DNA of 20,271 nt from Bdellovibrionota bacterium (GTDB lineage: Bacteria > Bdellovibrionota > UBA1018 > UBA923): contig JBFMCE010000038.1 of assembly GCA_040754655.1 (NCBI GenBank), positions 1 to 20,271 of the forward strand, in the 5' to 3' direction. The notes below the pieces were generated by a model that was given only the letters and a program-made list of their open reading frames with translations, had not been told where the DNA came from and made no database searches. Positions 1 through 8,734 of the stretch are shown piece after piece. Position 1 is the stretch's first letter; each line of letters begins with the position of its first letter. A program made the translations under genes and the position numbers.

Positions 1-144
1 AAAGCGAAACTTCTTTCTGGTTTTTCATCAGAAGACATAGACCGGTTGCCTGAGGTGGCGCTTGAAAAAAACAAGAACAGACGAGCAGGGCTCGCGATAA
101 GCACGAATGCTTTTTTTCAAAGTTTGACGAATTGCATCGACTGA
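1..144 (+). CDS. 3' end of an unidentified CDS (partial, runs off the left edge)
   Basis: Frame 1 is open from base 1 (KAKLLSGFSSEDIDRLPEVALEKNKNRRAGLAISTNAFFQSLTNCID) to TGA at 142-144, and a terminator hairpin follows. Too short to assign a function. Confidence 0.55.
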   Translation, partial: KAKLLSGFSSEDIDRLPEVALEKNKNRRAGLAISTNAFFQSLTNCID

Positions 145-179
145 TGCGTTTCTAAGGAGATACGTTTAAGCGGATAGTG

Positions 180-232
180 AAAAGCTCGCTAACTCTCTTT
201 GAGAACAGAAAGAAAAGTTAGCGAGCTTTTTT
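180..232. terminator. Bidirectional intrinsic terminator between convergent genes
   Basis: AAAA-GCTCGCTAACT (180-194) pairs with AGTTAGCGAGC-TTTTTT (216-232). There is an A-tract before the stem and a T-tract after it, and it lies between convergent stop codons at 144 and 253. Confidence 0.8.
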
Positions 233-252
233 ATTTTTTAGAGTTCCGACTC

Positions 253-825
253 TTACTCACCCTTGCGGTTGTAGCACCCCGCCTGGCGCAGAAGCACCAA
301 AGCGTCGTCATCAATGAGCCTGAAATGGATGTGCGCTTTCGCCAAGTGTTTGTAGGAATCCAGTGTTTGATCGCTCGAGCGCGATTCGCAGGCCTTGTTC
401 AAGTCAAAACGCAGCCTGTTTAGCCTGGTTGCCAGTTGTTTAACCTCTTTATAGCCTTCTTTGAAGGTCACTTCCTCATTCCACTTCTTGCACTTGCGCT
501 CCGTGTGGCATTCACGTCCTTCACGCACTCCCGTGCAGTGTCTACGCGTTCCCCATCTCGCGCAACTGCGATGAGATTCCGTGAATTCTTCATCAGCTAC
601 TTCGTTTGCCATGGTGGTGCCATCTGCAAGTTTTTCATCCCAGGTGGCGGAATAATTCGCGCAAAACTCTTCAAATGCCGGTTCGCTTCTAACTTTCTCG
701 ACCTCGCTTTGAAGCAAAGTCATCTCATCTCTGAATTGGAACACGATCTCACACCGATTTTGACAGCTGCCGAATCCGGAAAGTAAAAAAATGGCAGGAA
801 GTGCCACCGTAAGAAACCGCCTCAT
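253..825 (-). CDS. Hypothetical lipoprotein, Cys-rich
   Basis: ATG at 825 is preceded by an AAGGGG RBS. The N-terminus MRRFLTVALPAIFLLSGFGSC is a signal peptide with a lipobox-like FGS-C. The body is mostly helical, with a central 4-Cys segment. Confidence 0.75.
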   Translation of the reverse strand: MRRFLTVALPAIFLLSGFGSCQNRCEIVFQFRDEMTLLQSEVEKVRSEPAFEEFCANYSATWDEKLADGTTMANEVADEEFTESHRSCARWGTRRHCTGVREGRECHTERKCKKWNEEVTFKEGYKEVKQLATRLNRLRFDLNKACESRSSDQTLDSYKHLAKAHIHFRLIDDDALVLLRQAGCYNRKGE

Positions 826-1019
826 AAACTTGATCCCCCTTAAACAAAGCGTTTTTACCAGCAACTCGCTTCTTCTCTAAACCCCCTGAAGTGCGATGCG
901 GGTGGCTCTACGCTTAGAACCCCTGGTTGGCGGCGTCAAGCTGCTTGGTTGCTGCGCAGTGTTGCAATAGATTGAAAGTCTACTGGCCATAAGGTTGAGT
1001 TTTGAGTAGAAGATTCATA

Positions 1020-2621
1020 ATGAGTGCTTCAGCTCGTATTCTCATCTTAGATTTTGGATCTCAGTTCACGCAATTGATCGCCCGAAGACTTCGTGAGCTT
1101 CATGTCTATTGCGAAATTTACCCTTGTGACGCACCCCTTTCGAAAATTCGTACGTTTGATGCCAAAGGAGTGATCCTCTCAGGCGGGCCTTACTCTGTGT
1201 ATGACAAAGATGCTCCGGCGCCAGTGAAGACAAAAGATCTTTCGTCGGGAATCTTTGGGATGAATGTGCCAGTGCTTGGCATTTGTTACGGCATGCAATA
1301 CATGGCGAAAGTTTTCGGAGGAGCGGTAATTCCGGCCAAGACCCGTGAATATGGCAGGGCATTTATCCAGCAACAGGCTTCAAGCAAACTGCTGCCAGAC
1401 CTCAACTCACGTACCCAGGTGTGGATGAGCCATGGCGATGAAATCGGAAAATTGCCGCCAGGGTTTAAGTTAACCGCAGTCAGTCACAATCAAAGCCCGG
1501 CGGCGATAGAAGATACTGAGCGTCATTTGTATGCAGTGCAGTTTCATCCTGAAGTGGCTCATACCGAGCGCGGAAAAGAAATTTTAGAGCGGTTTGCTCT
1601 GCGCATCTGCGACGTTCGCCCAGATTGGGATTTGGGAATGTATTTGAACGAACAGATCGCGGGGATTCGAAAAAAGGTGGGCAAGTCACAGGCTATTTGC
1701 GCGCTCTCAGGAGGAGTTGACAGCACTGTGGCAGCCACTTTGGTGCATCAAGCGATCGGGGATCAGCTTACCTGCGTGTTCGTGAACAATGGGCTTTTGA
1801 GGAAAAATGAGGCAGAGGAAGTGCTCAAAACTTACTCTGAAGATCTTAAGCTTAATGTGCGTTACGTCGATGCCGAGAAACGCTTTTTAAAAGCGTTGGC
1901 AGGCGTGAGTGACGCCGAGAAAAAACGCAAGATCATCGGGAGAGAGTTCATTCGGATTTTTGAAAAAGAAGCGCAGTCCTTGAAAGGGGCTAAGTTCTTG
2001 GTTCAAGGAACGCTTTATCCTGATGTGATCGAGAGCCACCCGCCGCCGCGTCTGGTGAAAGGCGCTAGCTTTTCGAAGTCGGGCAAACACGGCTTTTCAT
2101 CCAAGATCAAAAGCCATCACAATGTTGGCGGATTGCCCAAAGACCTCAAGTTCAAATTGATCGAACCCTTGCGAGAGCTTTTCAAAGATGAGGTTCGAAG
2201 GATGGGCGTTGAGCTTAAAGTGCCAAGCCGCATTTTGAAGAGGCATCCTTTTCCGGGACCTGGCTTGGCAGTGAGAGTGCTGGGTGAGATCACAAAAGAG
2301 CGGCTTGATGTATTGAGGGAAGTTGATTCCATTTTCATCGAAGAGATCAAAGAGCACGGTTTGTACGATGAGATTTGGCAGGCGTTCGCGGTGTATTTGC
2401 CTGTGCAAAGCGTGGGAGTCATGGGCGACGGGAGAACCTATGAAAATGCAGTGGCTCTTCGGGCGGTAACCTCGCAAGATGGGATGACGGCTGACTGGTA
2501 CGCTTTTGAGCCAGAGTTTTTAGGCAAAGTTTCAGGGAGGATCTCGGGGCAGGTAAGGGGGGTGAATAGGGTGGTGTATGATATTTCCTCCAAACCCCCG
2601 GCCACCATCGAATGGGAGTAA
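1020..2621 (+). CDS. guaA: GMP synthase (glutamine-hydrolysing)
   Basis: Motifs [26 protein letters not shown] (catalytic Cys), QFHPEV, LSGGVDS (PP-loop), [21 protein letters not shown] and C-terminal [12 protein letters not shown] at 1020 is preferred over the upstream TTG. Confidence 0.98.
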   Translation: MSASARILILDFGSQFTQLIARRLRELHVYCEIYPCDAPLSKIRTFDAKGVILSGGPYSVYDKDAPAPVKTKDLSSGIFGMNVPVLGICYGMQYMAKVFGGAVIPAKTREYGRAFIQQQASSKLLPDLNSRTQVWMSHGDEIGKLPPGFKLTAVSHNQSPAAIEDTERHLYAVQFHPEVAHTERGKEILERFALRICDVRPDWDLGMYLNEQIAGIRKKVGKSQAICALSGGVDSTVAATLVHQAIGDQLTCVFVNNGLLRKNEAEEVLKTYSEDLKLNVRYVDAEKRFLKALAGVSDAEKKRKIIGREFIRIFEKEAQSLKGAKFLVQGTLYPDVIESHPPPRLVKGASFSKSGKHGFSSKIKSHHNVGGLPKDLKFKLIEPLRELFKDEVRRMGVELKVPSRILKRHPFPGPGLAVRVLGEITKERLDVLREVDSIFIEEIKEHGLYDEIWQAFAVYLPVQSVGVMGDGRTYENAVALRAVTSQDGMTADWYAFEPEFLGKVSGRISGQVRGVNRVVYDISSKPPATIEWE

Positions 2622-2807
2622 TTTTGATGAAAAACGATTGTCTACTTCGTCACAAGTCTGCAGCCGCTCCCGCGACGACCACTTACGGTCGTCTTGGTCG
2701 GGCTTTGCCTCGTTCCTCGTATCCAATCATTTTTGATCAAAATTACAAAGCTCCTGCAGCGACCTTTTATGGTCGCTTTAGTCGGTCCTCGATGTGCGCC
2801 TCGTATC
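2618..2807. repeat. Intergenic palindromic element with a two-copy 84-nt-period tandem repeat
   Basis: A 23-bp inverted repeat at 2618-2640 / 2724-2746 matches 21/23. Ungapped direct repeats at 2666-2723 / 2750-2807 match 40/58. Each copy carries a 7-bp hairpin with a 6-nt loop. Confidence 0.8.
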
Positions 2808-2826
2808 TGGCGGTGGTTTAAACGAT

Positions 2827-5800
2827 ATGAGTTTTGTTCACCTTCACGTGCATACGCAGTACAGCCTGCTTGAAAGCGCGATCAAGATTCCTGATCTGAT
2901 CGCCAAGGTGAAAGAATACAATATGCCGGCTGTTGCCATCACTGATCATGGCAATATGTTCGGTGCGGTTGACTTCTATTTCGCGGCGCAAGCGGCGGAT
3001 GTGAAACCCATCATCGGTTGCGAGATCTATTACTCGACCGGCTCTCGTTTTCAGAAAGGCCACCTCAAGGGGAAAAAAGTCGTTCTCACTCCTGAGGAAG
3101 AAGAAAACGCGCGCAATTACAGGCTCGTTCTTTTGTGCAAAGACGCCATGGGATATCGAAACCTTTGCGAAATCGTGACTCGTGGTTTTATCGAAGGCTA
3201 TCATTTCAAACCGCGGGTCGATCGCGAAATTCTCTCGCAGTACAGCCAGGGGCTGGTTGCGCTGAGCTCAGGGCTCAAAGGCGAGGTGGCGTTTCATTGC
3301 GCTCAAGGCAGGCCCGATCGAGGTGAAACCGCGGCCCTTTGGATGCGCGAAGTTTTTAAAGACGATTATTACCTTGAGATCCAAGAAAACGGAATTCCTG
3401 CGCAGAACCAAGCAAACTCGCTCATCCACGAATTCGCCGGCAGGCACTCGATACCTATGGTGGCCACTTCTCAGGCGCACTATCTGAATCCTACGCAGGG
3501 TTCTGCGCACGAAGTCTTGATGTGCATCGCGGCTGGAAGGAATCTCGACGAAAACAAGATGCGCATCGGAAGCGATGAGTTTTGGCTCAAAGACCCCGAG
3601 ACGATGAAACGCCAGTTTCACTCGAATTCAGAAGCGCTTTCGAACACATTGCTTATCGCCGAGAAGTGCAATTTCAACTTCAAACTCAAAGATGAACGAG
3701 GCAGGCAGATCTATCACTTGCCTGACTATCATCCCGAACAATGGGTCGACACAAGCGTCGAAGCCCCAGCGCACATGCGAGAGCAGATCGAGCTTGCCAA
3801 GGCGAACACGAGCCAGGTGTTTTCTTCAGATGGGAAATTTTCAGCCGAAGGATTCTTGCGGGTCCTTGCGAGAAAAGGCCTTGAAGATCGCATTGCAAAA
3901 ATGACTGACCCCGAGAAGCGAAAGCCATACGAGACCAGGTTAGAAGAAGAACTCGACATGATCGTTCGTACCGGCTTTGCCGGGTACTTTTTGGTCGTCG
4001 CCGACTTCATTGGTTTCGCGAAGTCGAGCGGCATTCCGGTTGGACCTGGGCGGGGCTCTGGGGCGGGGTCGCTCGTGGCGTACGCGCTGAAGATCACTGA
4101 CGTCGATCCGATCCCGTTCAATCTGCTTTTCGAGCGATTCATCAATCCTGAACGCATCAGCATGCCCGATTTCGACATAGACTTCTGCCAAGACAGAAGG
4201 CAAGAGGTCATCGAGTACGTCGTTCGCAAATACGGGCGCAACAATGTCTCGCAGATCATCACTTTTGGCAAACTCTTGGCCAGAGGCGTGATCCGCGACG
4301 TCGGCAGAGTCTTGAACTTGAGTTATGGCGAGGTCGACCAGCTGGCAAAACTCATTCCTGAAGAGCTTGGGATCACTTTGGAAGAAGCGTTTGAAAAGGA
4401 ACCTAGGCTCCAAGAGCTCACGGGGCGCGATCCCAAGATCGCAAAACTTTTTGAAGTGGCAAGATCCTTGGAAGGGTTAAGCCGCCATGCCTCTGTGCAC
4501 GCCGCCGGCGTTGTGATCACCAATCGCCCTTTGGTTGAGTATTGCCCTCTCTATGTCGGCAAAGAAGGTGAATCGGTCGTTCAGTTTGACAAGGACTTCG
4601 CTGAAAAGATCGGGCTGGTGAAGTTCGACTTCCTGGGTTTGAAAACACTCACTGTGATTTCAAACGCAGTGAAGTTCATTCGCGAAACCCAGACTGATAA
4701 AAACGTCCCGCTAGAGCAGCTCTTCAAAATTGACGACATCGATTACGATGATCCCAAGGTTTATCAATTGGTTTCAAACGGCGATACCGATGGCGTGTTT
4801 CAGCTGGAATCCTCGGGCATGAAAGACCTTTGCATGCGGGTTCAACCAAGCAGGCTCGAAGACATCACCGCCATAAACGCGCTGTACCGGCCCGGCCCGC
4901 TCAATTCAGGCATGGTCGACGATTACATCAATCGAAAACATGGCAAGACGCCGGTTGTTTATGAGCTCCCGCAGCTCGCTGACATTCTTGAAGAAACCTA
5001 TGGCGTGATCGTTTACCAAGAGCAGGTCATGCGCGTGGCCCGCGTTTTGGCCAACTACAGCCTTGGTGAAGCCGATCTTTTGAGGCGCGCGATGGGAAAG
5101 AAAAAGCCAGAGGAGATGGCGAAGCAGCGCGACAAATTCCTGAAGGGCTGCAGCCAAAATGAAATCCCAACCGACAAGGCTGATAAACTCTTCGATCTTC
5201 TCGCGAAGTTCGCTGAATACGGTTTCAATAAATCGCATTCAGCGGCCTACGGCGTGCTCTCGTTTCAGACGGCCTTTTTGAAGGCGTATTATCCCGCGCA
5301 GTTCATGGCAGCGCTCATGGCGACTGAAATGGATGACACCGAGAAGATGGCCCATTACATCTCGGATGCGCGCAAGCACGGGATCGAAATCCTTCCTCCT
5401 GATATCAACGCCAGCAAAAAAACCTTCAGCGTCGTCGAAGATGGCGGAAAGACCGCGGTGCGTTTTGGGCTTGAGGCCATCAAAGGGGTTGGAGGGGTTG
5501 CCGTAGACGGTTTGCTTGCGGAAAGAATTGAAAACGGCCCCTTCAAGGACTTCGTTGATTTTTGCAAACGCGTGTCATCAAGGAAGGTGAACAAAAAAGT
5601 GATCGAATGCCTGATCTCGGTGGGAGCGTTTGACTCGATCGAGAGGGAAAACCGCGCGACCTTGTTTGAGAGCATTGAACCCATCATGGAGTATGCGTCG
5701 AGCCTGCAAGAACAAGCCGATCTTGGGCAAGTGAGCATGTTTGATCAGTATCAAGCTGGTGGGTTGAAGCTTGAGACAAGTTTAGATCACCTCTATAAAC

Positions 5801-6558
5801 GCATCGAAGACTGGACCGAGATAAAGAAGCTTCAAAGCGAAAAACAACTCGTGGGATTCTATGTTTCAGGCCATCCGATCGACAAGTGGTGGCCGCTCGC
5901 CAAAGATTTCGTCCACGGAGATCTCGGATGGCTTAAGAATGAATTTGAACGCAGAAAAGCGCTTCCCGTCAAGGAACGGGGAGTGATTGCTCCGAAACCC
6001 ACGCGAGGGCCCGGGGCTTATCGCGACGAGGGGCCCAGGTGGGATGTCGTGACGCTGGGGTTGGTGACGGCATTTCGAGAGATCGTCACGAAAAAGGGCA
6101 CGCGCATGGCCTTCGTCGAGCTTGAAGACGCGAAGACAAAGCTTGAGGCAGTCTGTTTCCCCGAGCCCTATGAGGCGTGCGCGGCGTTTTTGAAGCAATC
6201 CCTTGAGCAGAACCTCCCGTTCATCATCACGGGCAACGTGGGGCTTGAGGAAGAGAGCGCCAAGATCTTCATCCGTACGATGGATCTTGTTGAGAACTAT
6301 CAAAAGCGCAAGATCAGCTCGATCGTCTTGAGGCTCGACCCGTCTGAAGTGAATACGCATATGCTCGCTCAATTGCGCGGCCTTTTGGTTCGCCATCGCG
6401 GCAAGTGCAGCGCTTTCCTAGAGTATTCCGGGGTCGTGAACGGGCAGTCCTTCAATAGCAGGCACGTTCTTCCAAAGGAGCTTGCCGTCAATCCGACCGC
6501 TGAAATGGTCGCTGAAGTGAATGCTCTCTTTGGAAAAGACGTCGTAAAATTCATCTAA
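2827..6558 (+). CDS. dnaE: DNA polymerase III alpha subunit
   Basis: N-terminal PHP domain (FVHLHVHTQYS, ITDHGNMFG), plus GPGRGSGAGS, LLFERFINPERISMPDFDIDF (catalytic Asp), KFDFLGL, YGFNKSH and a C-terminal OB fold (TKKGTRMAFVELED). ATG at 2827. No intein seen. Confidence 0.98.
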   Translation: MSFVHLHVHTQYSLLESAIKIPDLIAKVKEYNMPAVAITDHGNMFGAVDFYFAAQAADVKPIIGCEIYYSTGSRFQKGHLKGKKVVLTPEEEENARNYRLVLLCKDAMGYRNLCEIVTRGFIEGYHFKPRVDREILSQYSQGLVALSSGLKGEVAFHCAQGRPDRGETAALWMREVFKDDYYLEIQENGIPAQNQANSLIHEFAGRHSIPMVATSQAHYLNPTQGSAHEVLMCIAAGRNLDENKMRIGSDEFWLKDPETMKRQFHSNSEALSNTLLIAEKCNFNFKLKDERGRQIYHLPDYHPEQWVDTSVEAPAHMREQIELAKANTSQVFSSDGKFSAEGFLRVLARKGLEDRIAKMTDPEKRKPYETRLEEELDMIVRTGFAGYFLVVADFIGFAKSSGIPVGPGRGSGAGSLVAYALKITDVDPIPFNLLFERFINPERISMPDFDIDFCQDRRQEVIEYVVRKYGRNNVSQIITFGKLLARGVIRDVGRVLNLSYGEVDQLAKLIPEELGITLEEAFEKEPRLQELTGRDPKIAKLFEVARSLEGLSRHASVHAAGVVITNRPLVEYCPLYVGKEGESVVQFDKDFAEKIGLVKFDFLGLKTLTVISNAVKFIRETQTDKNVPLEQLFKIDDIDYDDPKVYQLVSNGDTDGVFQLESSGMKDLCMRVQPSRLEDITAINALYRPGPLNSGMVDDYINRKHGKTPVVYELPQLADILEETYGVIVYQEQVMRVARVLANYSLGEADLLRRAMGKKKPEEMAKQRDKFLKGCSQNEIPTDKADKLFDLLAKFAEYGFNKSHSAAYGVLSFQTAFLKAYYPAQFMAALMATEMDDTEKMAHYISDARKHGIEILPPDINASKKTFSVVEDGGKTAVRFGLEAIKGVGGVAVDGLLAERIENGPFKDFVDFCKRVSSRKVNKKVIECLISVGAFDSIERENRATLFESIEPIMEYASSLQEQADLGQVSMFDQYQAGGLKLETSLDHLYKRIEDWTEIKKLQSEKQLVGFYVSGHPIDKWWPLAKDFVHGDLGWLKNEFERRKALPVKERGVIAPKPTRGPGAYRDEGPRWDVVTLGLVTAFREIVTKKGTRMAFVELEDAKTKLEAVCFPEPYEACAAFLKQSLEQNLPFIITGNVGLEEESAKIFIRTMDLVENYQKRKISSIVLRLDPSEVNTHMLAQLRGLLVRHRGKCSAFLEYSGVVNGQSFNSRHVLPKELAVNPTAEMVAEVNALFGKDVVKFI

Positions 6559-6657
6559 GCGCCAGGCCCGCACCGCAGTAGGAATTGCTTATGAGAGGGC
6601 TTCTAGGCATTCTTTGCCCTTTTGGGGTTGAAAAAGTCGTGGTCAAATAGAAGGAGT

Positions 6658-7776
6658 ATGAAAATATCCCGATGGCTGGCGCAAGTGGTCGTGATTTCTT
6701 TGGTGGGGCACGTCGCGGCCTTAGCCGATCCCCAAAACACCAGGTCCGACGCGCCGGGTCCGGTTCAGAGCGCCGGCACTGCTCAAAGCGCTGCTCAAGC
6801 AAAAGCCAACCTTCTTGCGGAAGCGCAAAAAGCGATCCAACAAGAGTTGGTTGATCTCAAACTCACGCCTTCAGAAAAAAAACTTTTCGACACCGAGGTG
6901 AGTACCGATCCTTTGCCGTTTGTCACGAACTACTCAAGCCATCCGACGGGAATTCAATTTGAGATCGACCGCGATAAATTGAAGGAGTTTCTAAAGTTTT
7001 CAGCTCAGCTTTTTACGGGTCAGTCCGGCCTGGGTTCTTCGACCCCTCAGCCTGCCAGGGTCTGCCTTTTGACTCACTCCAAGCCCGGATGCGAAAGCTG
7101 TGAGAACAGTCTAGCGGTAGTGCGGCCTTATTTAACCCAGAGGTTAGAGCAGCGGGGCTTTAATGCTAGGCAAGGGCTTTCGATCCCGCAGGGCTCTGAG
7201 CTGACGGGTGAGAGGGCCTTTGAGTATTATTCATCAAGAGCCGCCGAAGGCGGATGCGATGGCCTTGCTTTTGCCGAGGTCACGCCTGAAAAAAACTCTT
7301 CCGATGAGTCTGAGGAAGAGTCGGGCAAAATCAAGATCTCGCTCTACTTGTCGCTGAAGAGCCGCATGCAAAGGAAGGTGGTTGCGCGCTCATCGATGGT
7401 GATTCAATCCTCAGATCTTGGCAAAACACAAGCGCTTCAATCCTCGATGTCAAAGTCGCTCGCCGACGCGTACGCGCAAGCCTCAAGGCAGTCGGCGGTC
7501 AGCGGGCTCAAGAAGAACGAACAGGAGCGTTACGTAAAACTTCAGAACGTGAAGGATTTCTTCACGTATGCGAAGTTCAAGGATGTCGCTCTCAATACGA
7601 TTCCAGGGTTGAAGCTTGAAGAGCGGTTCGTGAGCCCCGGCCAGTTTCGTTTTGCGATCAGCAGCGAGGCAAGCCTAAGGGAGCTCTCAGAGCAGCTTCG
7701 GGCACAATCGTGGGAACCTCAACAGCTCACCGTCGTGCAGGTGAGCCCGGAAGAACTCGTGGTGGAACTGAGATGA
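6658..7776 (+). CDS. Secreted hypothetical protein, possibly DUF2066-like
   Basis: AAGGAG RBS directly before ATG 6658. Sec signal MKISRWLAQVVVISLVGHVAALA-D, an Ala/Gln-rich linker and a CESC motif. The C-terminal segment (YVKLQNVKDFFTYAKF...) recalls DUF2066 C-termini; this family call is weak and from memory. Confidence 0.8.
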   Translation: MKISRWLAQVVVISLVGHVAALADPQNTRSDAPGPVQSAGTAQSAAQAKANLLAEAQKAIQQELVDLKLTPSEKKLFDTEVSTDPLPFVTNYSSHPTGIQFEIDRDKLKEFLKFSAQLFTGQSGLGSSTPQPARVCLLTHSKPGCESCENSLAVVRPYLTQRLEQRGFNARQGLSIPQGSELTGERAFEYYSSRAAEGGCDGLAFAEVTPEKNSSDESEEESGKIKISLYLSLKSRMQRKVVARSSMVIQSSDLGKTQALQSSMSKSLADAYAQASRQSAVSGLKKNEQERYVKLQNVKDFFTYAKFKDVALNTIPGLKLEERFVSPGQFRFAISSEASLRELSEQLRAQSWEPQQLTVVQVSPEELVVELR

Positions 7777-8732
7777 TCAAGAAGCTTTCATTCATGCTTG
7801 TGGTTTTAATGGGTCTGCAGGGGATGGGCTGCGGTCGTTCCAAAGCGTACAAGACCGAGCAAGACTATTATCGGCATGATACGGCTTATGGCAACCGAGG
7901 AGGCACTGCCACGGCCCGTGCGGATCGGTTTGGCCAACCCAAGAAAAAACTTTACGTGCTTCCGTTCTACAATGCGACTCCGCTTGGCGGCGAAGAGCTT
8001 GGCTTTTTCGCTGCAAGTGAGCTTTTACGCGAAGTGCGCTCGACTGCGAAGGCCGTCGTTCCTGAAGACATCCGGTCTGGAGATACTTCGAAAGATTTTT
8101 ATAGCGGTGACAAAGTAAGGCTTGGTCCCCTTGTGCGAGAGGGTAAAAGGCTTGGCGTCTCGCTTCTTGTGATCGGAAAGATCAAGAAAATCGTTTATCG
8201 CACCAAAGGCGATGAGGTCGGCCTCTTTCGCCAAAAGAAATCGATCGCAGCGGTCGACCTTGAGATGCGGATTTTTGATATCAACAATGCCAAAGAGATC
8301 TTGTTTGACGAGAAAAGTGCGGACAGCACGGCGAGCCAAGTAGACATTTTTGGCTCTGAAGACTCAGATCCCAAGAGCCAGCGCTTAGAGCTTGTGCGTA
8401 TGGCATTGAGAAGCGGAATGAAGCTTTTCAGCACCGATACCACCCGAACTCTTGAAAAGATCAGTTGGGAAGGACGCATCGCGAAGATCTCAAATGGCAA
8501 GGTTTTCATCAACGCGGGCAGGGCTACGGGCTTGAGCGTCGGAGACATTTTGAAAGTCCTGACTCCGGGAGAGGACATCTATGATCCCGTCACGGGCGCC
8601 TATATGGGTCGAAGCGCGGGGCAGCCCAAGGGCACTCTTGAGGTCACCGATTATTTTGGCACGGATGGCGCAGCCGCTGCGATTCACAGCGGTGGAAACT
8701 TCACGGAAAATGACGTGGTGCAACTCTACTAA
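7773..8732 (+). CDS. Lipoprotein with CsgG/TolB-N-like domain and FlgT-like C-terminal domain
   Basis: ATGA overlap with the upstream stop. Signal peptide MIKKLSFMLVVLMGLQGMG-C. LYVLPFYN...LLVIGKI...VDLEMRIFDINNAKEIL fits the CsgG-like fold. WEGRIAKISNGKVFINAGRATGLSVGDILKV...DPVTG is typical of FlgT_C-type domains. Confidence 0.75.
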   Translation: MIKKLSFMLVVLMGLQGMGCGRSKAYKTEQDYYRHDTAYGNRGGTATARADRFGQPKKKLYVLPFYNATPLGGEELGFFAASELLREVRSTAKAVVPEDIRSGDTSKDFYSGDKVRLGPLVREGKRLGVSLLVIGKIKKIVYRTKGDEVGLFRQKKSIAAVDLEMRIFDINNAKEILFDEKSADSTASQVDIFGSEDSDPKSQRLELVRMALRSGMKLFSTDTTRTLEKISWEGRIAKISNGKVFINAGRATGLSVGDILKVLTPGEDIYDPVTGAYMGRSAGQPKGTLEVTDYFGTDGAAAAIHSGGNFTENDVVQLY

Positions 8733-8734
8733 AG

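Noticed and set aside
6596..6623. AGGGC...GCCCT-TTT as a terminator after dnaE
   Set aside because: Only a 5-bp stem with a 15-nt loop and a short T run.
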